Of a stretch of DNA of 64,000 nt, positions 1-12,369 are shown one piece after another. The position numbers and the translations under genes are program-made. Every line of letters begins with the position of its first letter. The stretch's first letter is position 1. The notes beneath the pieces are model-generated. The model was not told the DNA's origin and ran no database searches. It saw nothing but the letters and a program-made list of their open reading frames with translations. Source of the stretch: Azolla caroliniana (taxonomy: Eukaryota; Plantae; Polypodiophyta); assembly GCA_043228905.1 (NCBI GenBank), contig JBHGNT010000016.1, forward strand, positions 6,634,001-6,698,000. The letters run 5' to 3'.

Positions 1-1438
1 ATAACTGGATGTGAGGACGTCTCCTGTACGAAGAAGTGTTGGTCGATCTCGACATCGTCGATTTTCACCCGTACGTTTGGACAGGCCCCGTGTAGTTCCT
101 CCGTGGCACGCATCGCTGCCCGTATCTTCCAGTCGTGCTTGGTGTTGATCGGCCATTTACCCTTCTTGTAGAAATCCATGGACATCAGGTTGATTTCGGA
201 TCCATGGTCTACCAACGCCACCACCGGTTCCAGAACGTTGCCGATCCGTACAGGGGTTTCCGTATTCGCCCTGGCCCAATGCGGCTTCGTGTAGTGGCTT
301 CCCGCCAGCTCGTCTTCCAAGGCTTCGTCTTCCAAGGCTTCGTCTTCCAGGTCCGTGGTCTGCACCTCCACCGGCTTCCCCGGTTCCGGCTCTGTCGAGA
401 GCCTCTTACGCTTCACCAAGTCTACGATAGAGTCGTGGAACTCCCTCTTGGCGATCCCCAGCACCTCCCGCAACGACAGCTCCACTTTACTGTCGAGGAT
501 TCGCTCTTCAAGGACCTTCTGTAGGTCCGTTGCTCTCTCAATTTCGGTGCTCAACCGAAACCCCGCCTGCTTCTTTCCCATCCGGCATGCCTGGGTTGCC
601 GGCACCGGGTCTCATACCTCGGGGGCCCGACCCCTTAGGCCTTTCCTGCCCGTTTGTCCTCCACCAGAACCTTGTAGTTCTGGCAAGTGGCTTCTACGAA
701 ACCCGTTTTCTCTTCCACCCAATCGTCCCAACCGGTGACCTCATGAACCCACTGTTCCGCACGGTCCACCTCTTCCCTCCTCAGCCGAACTCCGGAGAGG
801 CCTTCCAGCACTAGCGGCCAAAATCCGGAGTCCTTCGCCCAATCCGTTTTACCACAGCCCAATCCGTCGTGAGCCCTTCGTCCGTTTCCAGTTGGGGACC
901 CACCTTTTCCCTGTCGAGCGCATCCACCGACTTGACAAATAGCAGCACTCGACTCGTTTCGAGCACCGTCCGGTCCAGCGTCGAAAGCCACGCGAACCGT
1001 TTTTCGAACTCCTGGAGGAGCACTGACGTGTTCCTCCCTTTTCCGGGGGGCTTTCCACCCACACCATGAAGTCCCGCCTTGACAGCCGGAGCGAGTCGTC
1101 AAACCCGTACTTCTCAAGCTGCAGCTCGAACTCCTCCCAAGTCTGGCATCCGGCCAGCACCTCGAGCACCTCCGCATGGATGCCCGTCATCACCACCCGA
1201 GGGAATCCGGACAACCGCCTGTCCACCGGGATATCCCTCATGATCATTTCGGCCCGGTAAGCCTCCAAATAACTTGTGGCATCTTTCCCTCCGAAACGGC
1301 CTATAGAGCCGACGATCGATTCAATGGCTCTGTCGAGGGTACCCGTTCCCTCACGAGCGCTCACCAACTGGTCGACGGCCACCGCCATTGCCTTTGCTAG
1401 CTCTGATCCCCTCATCTTTCGACTCCTTTGCCGCCATG

Positions 1439-1456
1439 TTCACGTCGGGTTCACCA
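1439..1456 (-). promoter_or_regulatory. Primer-binding site complementary to the tRNA-Trp 3' end
   Basis: Minus strand reads TGGTGAACCCGACGTGAA, the reverse complement of the plant tRNA-Trp end TTCACGTCGGGTTCACCA. It lies 4 nt from the LTR. Confidence 0.85.
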
Positions 1457-1460
1457 AAGA

Positions 1461-2088
1461 TGTCGCGTTGTTACGCGCGTACGTGTAGAAAGGGGCGGGA
1501 CCACAGGGGGTCTTGGACCGAGGAGCGAGAGAGAGAGAAAGATTCACCGACCCGTAGAAGCAAGAAAGAGAGAGACAGAACACAACACATAATTATAATG
1601 ACAGAGATTACAAACTCCGACGCTTACACCCGACAAGCGGTGACAGACCCGACACAGGGACCCTACTCATGCACACCGACGACAGCCACCCGACTCGAGG
1701 AAACGAAAAGGGGTTAAGGGGAGTGACTCTACTGGAAGCACACGGGCTGTCCACGAAGCAGAGGCAGCGACCTCCCGACACATGCAGAGAGCGACAATTC
1801 GAGAGCAGTAGAGAGATAGCTCGGGCCTCCGTTCTGCAGCAACCTCCTTCTTCCTCCTCGTGCGCGATATCCTTCTTCTCTTGTCAAGTCCCTTTTTATT
1901 CCCTATCCTCCCCTCCGTCTGACAGAGATACGCACAATCCCCTGATAAATGCGTGCCGCCTCGTATTTCACCCACCGATCTGTTTATGAATCGGGTAAAA
2001 AAATATCAAGTTACGCGTCCATTCGTGTAAGAGCCGGTTCACGCGCCTTTCTCTCCGAATCCGCCTATGGCCGGTTTTCTTCACGACA
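1461..2088 (-). repeat. 5' LTR of copy A (628 bp)
   Basis: TG...CA termini with inverted TGTCG/CGACA, directly adjacent to the PBS. Termini resemble the LTR at 43302-43950. Confidence 0.85.
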
Positions 2089-2726
2089 ACGTGTGATGTG
2101 TGTTTAGGTGTTCATTACATAAATATATAAAATAAGCCTAACGCATACAATGAGGTGCAAGTAAGGGTTTGAACCTTATACCTCTAAGATAGGAGACAAT
2201 TGACATACCATTAGACTCGAGTTATTTCGTTTAAAACTTGTTTTCTTCATTGTAATTTTCACATGAACTGATGGTAAATGAAGCTTGGATGAGGTACATG
2301 GTCATCATGCCTCGCATGTGATGCATGAGTGGCAAATGGCAATTATGCATTGCATGCATTTCATGAATTGTATGCATGTACTACACCCTCACATGCACAT
2401 ATGCATGGGGGCATCTATATAAGAAGGAGAGAAAGGGAAAGGAAATCAAGTAATGTATGCAATCAATAATAATTAATAAATTTAAGTTATCTAATTGGCA
2501 ATGTGTCTTATATCTCAACTTTGAAGTCAAAAGTTCAAACCGGGAATTCGTCCCGTTTGTTTCCATCTATCAATCTATCTTTAATACTTCTCGCATGCGC
2601 TAGTCCTTTTGCTGTTCCATTAACTTGAACGATCCTTTCAATCCTCCATCACCACTTGCAAATAGAGGCCGGTGCTTGTCTGTGCACATCGCAACATTTG
2701 GCACATGTGTCACGTGGTTCACGACA
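2089..2726 (-). mobile_element. LTR fragment related to the solo LTR at 10084-11444; interrupted by copy A
   Basis: Ends in TTCACGACA at 2726. The reverse complement of 2150-2606 is clearly similar to 10163-10600 (gagaagtattaaagatagattga; ATGCAT-rich block; tRNA-like segment). Confidence 0.7.
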
Positions 2727-2817
2727 TCTTTGTGGTGCAGTAAATATTTTCTCTCTCTCTCTCTCTCAGTCAACCCATACAAGCATCTTCGACAACAAGA
2801 ACGACCCGATTGTAAAC

Positions 2818-5800
2818 TGTTGAGCGGCAAGCTCAACCGGATCCCGATCGGCTGAATAAGCCTGAGCCGGATTGGCATCCGGAAGGATGAACCAGATCGG
2901 TGAGCCGGTGAGTTGGGGAGCCGGTTAGCCGGATGAAACAGTAACCGAGAGCCTAGTAGCAGCCTAGACTACTAGGTAGTTAATAGTCTCGTAGTTAGTG
3001 TCAGACGCTAGTGTGAGCATTGAAGTATGCGGTACTTCTGTCAGTCCTCTTAGGACTTGTATAAATAGTGCTGTTGAGCACGTTGTATAGTGACACATAG
3101 AACTATTGTTGTTTTGTAATAGAATTTTTAACGTTCTGCTTTTTTTCTTTGACTCTCCCGCATACACTCTGTGTATTAATCTCTCTCTCTCTCTCTGTTG
3201 CTATCCGGCAAGGCCGGTTTGTCTGACGCTTCTGCACATAATCTTTCACATGGTATCAGAGCACGAGGATTGAGAACCTCTGCAACCGACGCCAACATCT
3301 GAGCCATGTCCGAGATGGCAAGATGCCAAAAGAAGCTTGGGGAAACCTGAAGAATGTTTTCACAGCAAGCACTACGGTCAGGAAGCTGCAACTCCGACAG
3401 GAGTTGAGCAATGTCCGACAGAAGGCCATATCAGTGGTCGATTACACGGCCCGAATCAAAGAGATCGGTGACTCACTTGCCTCTATCAACGTCACTATAG
3501 AGGAAGATGAGATGGTGCAGATTTGTCTTGGGGGCGTAGCATCTAAGTTCAGAGTGTTCCGAACGGTTATATGTACAAGGGAGAATACGCCGTCATTTTT
3601 CGACTTACAGTCGATGCTCCTTGTAGAGGAGAACCATGCCGGTGCGTCAACAAGTGCACCCATCGACAGTCGGATGTTGTACACGGAGGCGGATCGGCCC
3701 CGTGGGCGTGGTGGACGAGGTGGGTTGGCTCGCAATGGTAGCAGTCAGCAAGAGCAGGACCGAAGGCACAGAGAACGTGCCGACAGCAGTTCCGGACCCT
3801 CCACAAGCAAGGGGAGTCAAGGCGGCACCGGAGGCCAGCAAGCAAAGGCCGACACGGAATGTTGGTATTGTGGTAAAAAGGGCCACAAAGAAAGTGAGTG
3901 CTAGAAGAAGCACGCCAATTCGGACAGATCCAGATGCGGCAAGGCCGGTAGAGAGAACCAACAATACTCGCACTACGCAGAAGGATTGGGAGGATCCAAA
4001 ACCGGAAAAGCCGGTAAAGGGCCAACCTTAGTGATGAAACACGAGGCTAACTCGATGAAGAATACCACTTCCAAATTGGAGGAAGTGTGGTACGTTGACT
4101 CTGGTGCCTCAAATCATATGATGAGCCACAAAGAGTGGTTCTCTTTCTTGGAGAAACCGGAACAACCGGGAGTTGTCGAAACCGGAGACGACACTCCTCA
4201 CCCAATCATGCATGTCGGAGAAGTCCCTTTGAGCCACATCGGATAGAGGGGGAAGCTGATGAACGTATTACACGTTCCGACCATCACAAAGAACCTGGTG
4301 TCGGTTGGACAGATTGTCTACCAGGGGATGCAGATGCGGTTTACGCTCCTCGGGTGCTTCATTGAGGAAGAGGGCCAAATCATTGCGCAAGGGTGCAGAG
4401 ACGAGAGGATGTTTATCCTCGACACCAATGATGTCGGCACCGCTTTGTTCGCCAAAGGACAGAAGATTGAATCAGATATCGATCTCTGGCACAAGAGGAT
4501 TGGCCACGTCAATTACTGGAGGCTTCAAGACTTGCAAACAAAACATGTTGTTTTTGGTTTGCCGAAGTTTAGTGGCCGGAAGGCCCAAGTATGTGAAGCC
4601 TGCCAACTCGGGAAGCAACACCGGCTTCCATTCCCCACCGAACGAAACCATAGCCGTTACAAGCTCAACCTTATTCATTCGGATGTATGGGGACCGGCAC
4701 AGAACGTTAGTCTTGGCGGGAGTCGATACTTCGTCTCCTTCATCGACGACTACAACCAACACACATGGATCTACCTCATTGAGTGGAAGTACAAATCCTG
4801 GTTGAATGGGAAATAGAGAGGAAGATAAAGTGCCTGCGGTCGGATGGCGGAAAGGAATATTTTTCCGGCCAATTCAATAGTTATCTGCAGCAAAAAGGAG
4901 AGAATTCAGCTGCAAGTACACACCGGAGCAAAACGGTGTGGCCAAAAGGAAAAACTGGTCGATTGTCGACGTGGCAAGGGCAATGCTAGAGGAGAAGAGC
5001 ATGCCCCATTTCTACTGGGCTGAGGTGGTCCGGACAGTCGTCTACATCCAAAACCGGATCGGTGACAAGGTCTCACCACATGAGTTGTATTTCGAGCGCA
5101 AGCCAAATTTGAGACACCTTCGGATATTTGGTAGCATTGCATATGTGCATGTGCCGGATGAGAAGCGGAGGAAGTTGGATACAAAGTCGGAGAAATGCAT
5201 CCTGGTCGGTTACTCGCATGAGCAAAAGGGGTATAAATGTTATAACCCCCGGACGAAGCAGGTCGAGTTAGCCAAGATGTTGAGTTTGATGAGACGGCAT
5301 CATGGTATGCCTTACCGGCTCCGACTTCTGACCCCAACCCGATACCGGAGGATGAGTCTAGTGAGTCTGAGACTCTAGGTCTGAGTCCGGAATCGTTTCG
5401 GTTGAGCGGGCCGAACGACCGGCTGAGTTAGGTTGACGAATCGGATGAGGAACCGGCGAGTAGTGGACACTCTACCGTGCTATCCCCACGCAAGGAACCG
5501 AGGAGATGGTTCATGCGCAAAGAGAAGGGGAAGAAGAAGATGTCGGAATACGAAACCAACAACGTTGAGTCGGATCGGAGCGAATCCGACTCCGGAAAGG
5601 ATGAAGGTGGATCTTCGGGAACAAAGTTCGAACCGGCCAAGAAGGGCCTCAAACCGGGTAACGATAAGTTACGTCGGTCTTCTCTATAGAAGAACCCCGT
5701 GAAGCGGTACGGGTACAATGAGTACATGGTGCATCAGGTGGCGGAAGTGCGTGAGCCGGAGAACTACGCAGAACCGGCAAAGGACACAAATTGGCATGTT

Positions 5801-8348
5801 GCTATGGAGGAAGAAATGTGGGCACTTGATGCCAATGACACATTGAACCTAGTAGACCCTCCCCGACACTGTAAACCGATCGGATGTAAGTGGGTGTACA
5901 AGGTAAAGTACAATGCCAACAGTTCGGTTAACCGTACAAGGCCCGGTTAGTGGCGAAGGGATACGTGCAGACCCACGGAATCGTCTACGATAACACCTTC
6001 GCTCTGGTAGCGAAGATGACGACGGTTCGTGTGGTGCTGGTGGTTGCTGCGGCAAGGGGGTGGCATCTTCACCAGATGGACGTGAAGAATGCATTTCTTC
6101 AAGGCGATCTTGAAGAAGAGGTCTTAATGACCCAACCCCCTGGTTTCCAGTCGGAGATGAACAAATCGGTGGTATGCCGGCTGAAGATGTCACTTTATGG
6201 CCTGAAGCAAGCCCCCCGAGCTTGGAATGCGAAGATCACGCACCGGTTGCGCAAGATGGGGTTTGTAGCCTCCAAGTCCGACTCTTCGTTGTTCATCTAG
6301 CAAGGTCCGGACGGTTCGGTTTGCATATTACTATATGTTGATGATATAGTCATCACCGGACCTGGACTCAATGAAATCGGCCAAGTCAAGTCCCAATTGT
6401 CAGATGCATTTGAGATGAAGGACCTGGGGGACCTTCACTATTTCCTTGGGATCGAGGTGATCCGAAACCCCAACGGCATATTGCTCTCACAAAGACACTA
6501 TGTGTTGAATATGTTGTACAAGTTCGACATGACGGAATGCCGACCGATCTCCACACCCCTAGACCGGAACCAAAAGCTTTGTCCCCACTTCGGACCAGCC
6601 TGTGATGAGAAACGGTTCTGACAAATTGTCAGAAGCCTTATATATTTGACAATCACATGACCCGACATCAGTTATCTGGTCGGCGTGATCAACCAATATA
6701 TGTAGAAGTTAATCATGGAGCACCTTCTATGCGCGCATCAAATTTTGCGATATGTGAGCGGCACGAAGGACCGGGGACTGTTATACTGGCATGGTATAAC
6801 CGAAGAGCTAGTCGGCTACACCGATGCCAACTGGGCCGGCGATGCATCGGATCGCCGATCCACCTCCGGCTATATGTTTTCCCTTGGTAGCGCGGCTGTT
6901 GCGTGGAGCAGCAAAAAGCAGCCAACAGTGGCCCTTTCGAGCACTGAGGCTGAATACCAGGGCACTACCATTGCCACCTGTGAACCCATTTGGCTTCGTT
7001 GACTGTTGCAAGACCTGCGGATTGAGGTGCCGACCCCGACCCCGATCTATTGCGACAACATAAGCAGCATGCAGTTCGCCAAGAACCCCATATTCCATGC
7101 TCGCACAAAGCACATAGAAGTGCACTACCACTTCGTGCGTGAGCGTGTCCTGAGCGGTGAAGTTGAACTTTGGTATGTTCATGCGGATCGGCAAGTTGCC
7201 GACATCTTCACCAAACTGCTCAGATCGGACAAGTTACAACACTTCACCGAAATGCTTGGTGTTCAGCATCTCGACGTGACACACTTGAGGGGGAGAACGA
7301 GCAAAGACACCAGAACGGACAAAGGCAAACAAACTATCAATTGCGCCGGTGAGGGAAGAACCGACAGAGGGAGAGAAAAGAAGAAGAAAGGAGCTGAGTC
7401 GACAAAGGAAGTTGACACATCCGAACAAGTTGGAACCAGCGGCAGCCGCGGCAGAGTCAAGAAGGACAAAGCCGCCAAGACCCGGACATGGTCCGATGTG
7501 GTAAAGGGCCTGGAACCGGAAAATGAATCGGGAGCGACCGATTCGGCAAGAGCTGGAACGAATCGGAGACAGCCGATTCAGTTCAACAAACAAATTCGGA
7601 AGAACCAGATCAATTCAAGGCCAAGAGGACGAGAAGGCAACGAAAGTCGACGCCAACACGAAGGAATCGGCGAATCGGCAAGCGCCGAAGTCACAATAGC
7701 GAGGGAGCTGAATTGAGCCTATTGAGTAGACAAGCCGACCGAGGAGGTTGAGGTGCGCAGAATCAGAGGGGTTGCGGCAAACAAGACCGGACCGGATGAG
7801 GAGTGCGACCGAGGCGAAGTGACGCCAGAAGGAGCCAGGTGGAAGGATCGGTTGCCATGGAGACTAACACTACAATCTGACCTCAAGTTGAGCTTGAGGG
7901 GGAGTGTTGAGCGGCAAGCTCAATCGGATCCAGATCAACTGAATAAGCCTGAGCCGAATCAGCATCCGGAAGGATGAACCGGATCGGTGAGCAGGTGAGC
8001 AAGTGCGCTGGTGAGCTGGGGAACGGTTAGCCGGATGAAACAGTAACCGGAAGCCTAGTAGCAACCTAGACTACTAGGTAGTTAATAGTCTCGTAGTTAG
8101 TGTCAGACGCTTGTGTGAGCATTGAAGTACGCGGTACTTCTGTCAGTCCTCTTAGGACTTGTATAAATAGTGTTGTTGAGCACGTTGTATAGTGACACAG
8201 AGAACTATTGTTGTTTTGTAATAGAATTTTTAACGTTTTGCATTTTTTCTGTCTCTCCCGCGTACACTCTGTGTGTTAATCTCTCTCTCTCTCTATTGCT
8301 ATCTGGCAAGGCCGGTTTTTCTGACGCTTCCACACATAATCTTTCACA
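2818..8348 (+). mobile_element. Ty1/Copia LTR retrotransposon, near full length but decayed (stops, frameshifts, gag N-terminus deleted)
   Basis: LTRs at 2818-3250 and 7905-8348 (TGTTGAGC...TTTCACA). PBS TGGTATCAGAGC (tRNA-iMet) at 3251. PPT GAGGGGGAG at 7896-7904. Domain order is gag, CCHC, PR (WYVDSGAS), IN (HSDVWGP), RT ([13 protein letters not shown]), RH (ADIFTK). Flanking AAAC on both sides. Confidence 0.95.
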
Positions 8349-10083
8349 AAACCTAAACAACGGTTGATTCCTTACAAGCACAAGTCACCCGATCCATTCT
8401 CCTTGGTCGAAGACCCTAGTGGTCCGTTCGACCGACCCGCAAGCGCGGATTTCCGCGACATCTATTGGTGAACCCGACGTGAAGAACAACAAGGGAGGAT
8501 GGCCGGAACTTCAAGTGCTAGAGACTCTAATGATACTCTAGCACAAGCAATGGCGAGGATGATGGACCAAATGCTTCAGGAGAGAGACAACGTCGTCGGC
8601 CTTGACGTTGCCATTGATAGGATCATGGATGCCAACATATGCTTTGATGGTAGAGATGTGACACAATACCTTGAAACCTACAAAACAGAAATGCGGAAAA
8701 AGAGTATTTCTATGGCAAGACAAGTGGCAAGCTACAAGAGGCCAATCCTAAATGGTCATCTTTCGAACGAAGTTTACTTGAAGAATATGGGTTTGGTGAC
8801 TCATCTCGAATGACGAAGAAAGATTTAATGGACTGGGTGGAGTCTTCTAACAAAGAGTTGAGTGCGAGTGCGACTCTCCACGAGTTCGAGCGAAGATTTG
8901 ATCGTCTGCCTGCACTTGACAAAACGATTCTCGATTCCAGCAAGGTGCTCCTATTTATCAAGTCAGTAGATGAGAAAGATTGAAGAGATCTTGGACTACT
9001 ATTAGAAAATGATGAAGGCCTCATTTCTGATTGGGCAATAGTGAAGAGAGCATGTGGACATTTTGATAAGCGTCGACAATGGGACAACAAGACAAGATCG
9101 AATGTTGTAGCTCAAATTGGCCGGCAAGCTCACAACACGAGACAAGAACCACAAGCCCAAAGACCGAGGGATGATGAAGTGGCTCAACCCACAGATGGAG
9201 CTAGAATGGATGAACTTGTAGACATGATTCAAGAGATGAGAATTTCTCAAATTAAAAAGGAGGAAACTCAAAGTTTTCCAGGTCGTCGCCTGGACTTTCC
9301 CCGCAGGTGTATTTGGTGTGACTCCTTGGAACACTAGTGGAGAGATTGCTTAGAAGTCCAAAATGCCCTCCAACGAGATATCATTTATCTCTCCAACAAT
9401 TGGATTCACTCCTCGGTGACACAACGTCCTCTCAATAACAACTTCAGCCAAGGAGGTATGAAGAAGTTGATGGAGGAAATGGAAGAGAACAAAGTGAATA
9501 GTGTTTACTATTCCTCATATGCTGGAATTCGAGCTGGACACGAGAGGAGAGCCCAAGAATCTCAAGTAGGAGAATTTTGGCCAATCATATTGAATCAAGT
9601 CGGAAAAGGGAAGCTCTGCATGAACGAGGCACTCAAAGCAGAACGAGGAGTCCAAGAAATGACGGGATGGGAGGACCCTGTGGAGGAGAAGTCTAGCTTC
9701 GTCGAGGCCATGTGTCAAAACTACGACGTCCTAGTTGAAGAGAAATGAAAAAGACCAGATGACCAATCAGGCCCTTCAAAGAAACATGACACAAGAGAAG
9801 TTATTCAAAGAAGGGAGGAATCATCACCGGCCCAAACGATAACCGAAAGAGGGAAGGAAAGAATCGGACCAGCATTCAAACTACGCTCGGAGATAGAGCA
9901 ATCCACCGACCTTAAGCGTGTGATGGAAGAAAGAATCCTGGATAGCCGAATCGAGTTCACACTACGAGAGGTCTTAGGAATTGCAAAGAGCGAATTTCAT
10001 GATTTCATCATTGAGTTAATAAAAAGGAAGAGACTAATGACAAGTGAAGAAGGGACTAGACCGGCAAATGTCTCGACGAGCGT

Positions 10084-10197
10084 TGTCGTGAAGATCCGTC
10101 ACTACGTGCAGATCGTGAGGCAGAACCGTTGGGGTTCTCAACCGGAAGAGGACTCGGAATTTGCACTAGTTTAACGAGAAAGTATTTAAGATAGATT

Positions 10198-10234
<37 letters not shown>

Positions 10235-11444
10235 AGATTCAACTCTTCTTTAGATTTGAAGAACAAGTTATATCATAAAAAAGATAACGAATTTTCTTCT
10301 TATTAATTTCTTGATTCATACATAGCTCTCCCCTTTTATCTTTTTCATCCACCCTGTTATAGATGCTCCCATGCATATGATGCATGTGAGGGTACAAGAC
10401 ATGCATACAATGCATGTGATGCATGTTTGCCATTTGGCGCTCATGCATCATATCTCACTCAATTAAGCTCTAATATGAGAATTTACATGTAAAACTATAA
10501 TGATAGGAAAAACATTTCTGAAGAAATGACATAGCCTAGTGGTAAGTCTATTCTCTCCTATCTTGGAGGTGCAAAGTTCAAGTCTTGCTTATATCTTTTT
10601 CTTTTATGCACAAAAACTATTAGGCTTTTGGACCAAATATCTTTAAGACACCATGCATCGAGATCAACCGACCCGATCGATCCGTTCGATTTGCAACCGT
10701 TCGGTTTGGCCCGGTTCGGTTTGCATCCCAAGCCGGTTCGGTCCGCATCCCGAGGTCCTCGAATGCTGGTCAACAAATGCCGATTACCGATCGCCAGATC
10801 CGTCGCCAAATGTTGTCATCGTCGCCGTTGCCGGTTGCCGGTTCCATCACCGTCACCGGTTGCTAGATCCATCCAAACATTGGTTTCTGTCACCGGATGC
10901 CGTCACCGTCGTCGTCCAGTTGCCGGTTGATGGCTACGTCCGATCACCGATTGCGGGATCCATCCGGTCACCGGTTCCCAGCTCCATTCGATTTTCCGGT
11001 TCTGTCATCGACTAGTTTGAGTTTCATCACCTGCCGGTTCGGGCACTTAGCCACATCCGGCAACTTAGCCACATATGTCCATCTAGACAAAAGCGGCTCA
11101 AGTCCAACTATTTTTTTATGTGCTCTTAACACATAGATGAAATATGATGGATCTCAATCTGCTTATATAACTGGCGCCTAAACTTTTCCTATCTATGTAG
11201 GATATTTCACAGTTTTATTTTTCTCTTTTTCTTTTCCAAACTTCATACCCACATAACTTGACGCTTAGATGTATGTTTGTTATGTAGCAAAGTGCATTCA
11301 AAAGCTCTTCAAGATCTCCATCTTTTTGTACCAAGATATTAAACTTATTTACATTATTATTGTTTCATATTGTGTGTGAAGAAACACACTCGATTTTGTA
11401 CGCTCCATGCAATTTTCACACCGTTGCCGAAAATCTTCACGACA
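10084..11444 (+). mobile_element. Solo LTR (1361 bp) inserted in the gag-protease of copy C
   Basis: 12-bp terminal inverted repeat TGTCGTGAAGAT/ATCTTCACGACA. Flanks are GCGT and GCGC. Removing the insert plus 4 bp restores the host frame (…NVSTS-VITTEG…). Strand is not certain. Confidence 0.8.
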
Positions 11445-12369
11445 GCGCTATCACAACGGAAGGTCTCGAAATTGAACAAGAATTTGTTGATAGCCATTTT
11501 GCAAGGCCACATTGGGCTAGGGCTACTACCGAGACACCGGTGCGAATGAGAGATTTGAAAGATTCGGTGGTGGCGCTCATTGATCATGGCTCGGAGATCA
11601 ACCTCATGTCTCTTGACTTCTATCGAAAGGGTCGCTTGACCCATTAATACTAGGCATGGGTGGAAGATTTGAGCGGCAACTAGGGCGACGGAAGAGCTTC
11701 ATGGGGCCTGCCCTAACGTTAAGGTAACTATTGGTGACGTTGAGCATGATCAACACTTTTTTGTATAGGAATTGGTGTCACATCTTGTCATCCTTGGCGA
11801 GCCTTACATAACAACATCCTAGATGGAGACAAATGTACTTGATAATGGTTTAGCATATGCGCGGATACGAAGTCAAGATGGGACAAGCTCGGTTCAATTC
11901 CTCTCGGTACGACCGAACCATGAAAGAAATAGGCATAGGTCAGGGAAAGAAGTTAGGGAGGATTTTTAATTCGGGCTATTAGGGAGAGGGACAACAATAG
12001 TCTGGGACATCGAACTATGTCCCCAATTCAGTGTAATATTGTACATGAGTACATGAAAATATTGTGAGGTTTTTAATTAGATGATCCTTCAAAGATTCGA
12101 CTGACATCCCATAACTGTTATGCACAACAGCCAAAGCCACAACCGATAAAGTACAACCAGGTGAACTATCTAGTCTTTAAGTACCCACCTGATATGGTTT
12201 GGTTTTGAATAGTAAAGGGTTTCACATTTCAAGAAGAAATCAGGATGGGTGCTAGTATAGTTGCTAATGATGGGTTCTCTCTTGCTAAGAAGGTGATTCA
12301 TGACTACATTCCTATATATATATATATCTTAGATGTGCTTATGTGTGCTCTTACTCTTCATATTTTAAG

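Larger units (their letters stand above)
1..2088 (-). mobile_element. Ty3/gypsy-like LTR retrotransposon (tRNA-Trp-primed family, copy A), 5' part: LTR, PBS, frameshifted gag and aspartic protease; runs off the window start
   Basis: LTR at 1461-2088 (TGTCGTG...CGCGACA on the minus strand). PBS follows it. Gag ORF pieces at 849-1415 (MRGSEL...RFGGKDATSYLEAY) and 811-1062. Protease VVALVDHGSEINLMS at about 180-225. Homologous to 8499-11969 and 43997-44474. Confidence 0.85.
2727..12060 (+). mobile_element. tRNA-Trp-primed gypsy-like element (copy C), degenerate; LTR split by a Copia, gag-protease split by a solo LTR, truncated after the protease
   Basis: LTR remnant at 2727-2817 plus 8353-8460, ending CGCGACA. 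PBS TGGTGAACCCGACGTGAA at 8466-8483. Gag starts at 8499 with a CIWCDSLEH zinc knuckle at about 9310. Protease VVALIDHGSEINLMS at about 11567-11611. The frame ends EDF* at 11969. Confidence 0.75.

Noticed and set aside
135-814. Plus-strand ORFs overlapping copy A, and similar shadow ORFs across the TEs
   Set aside because: They are antisense or alternative-frame shadows of GC-rich retroelement coding sequence with no recognisable motifs.
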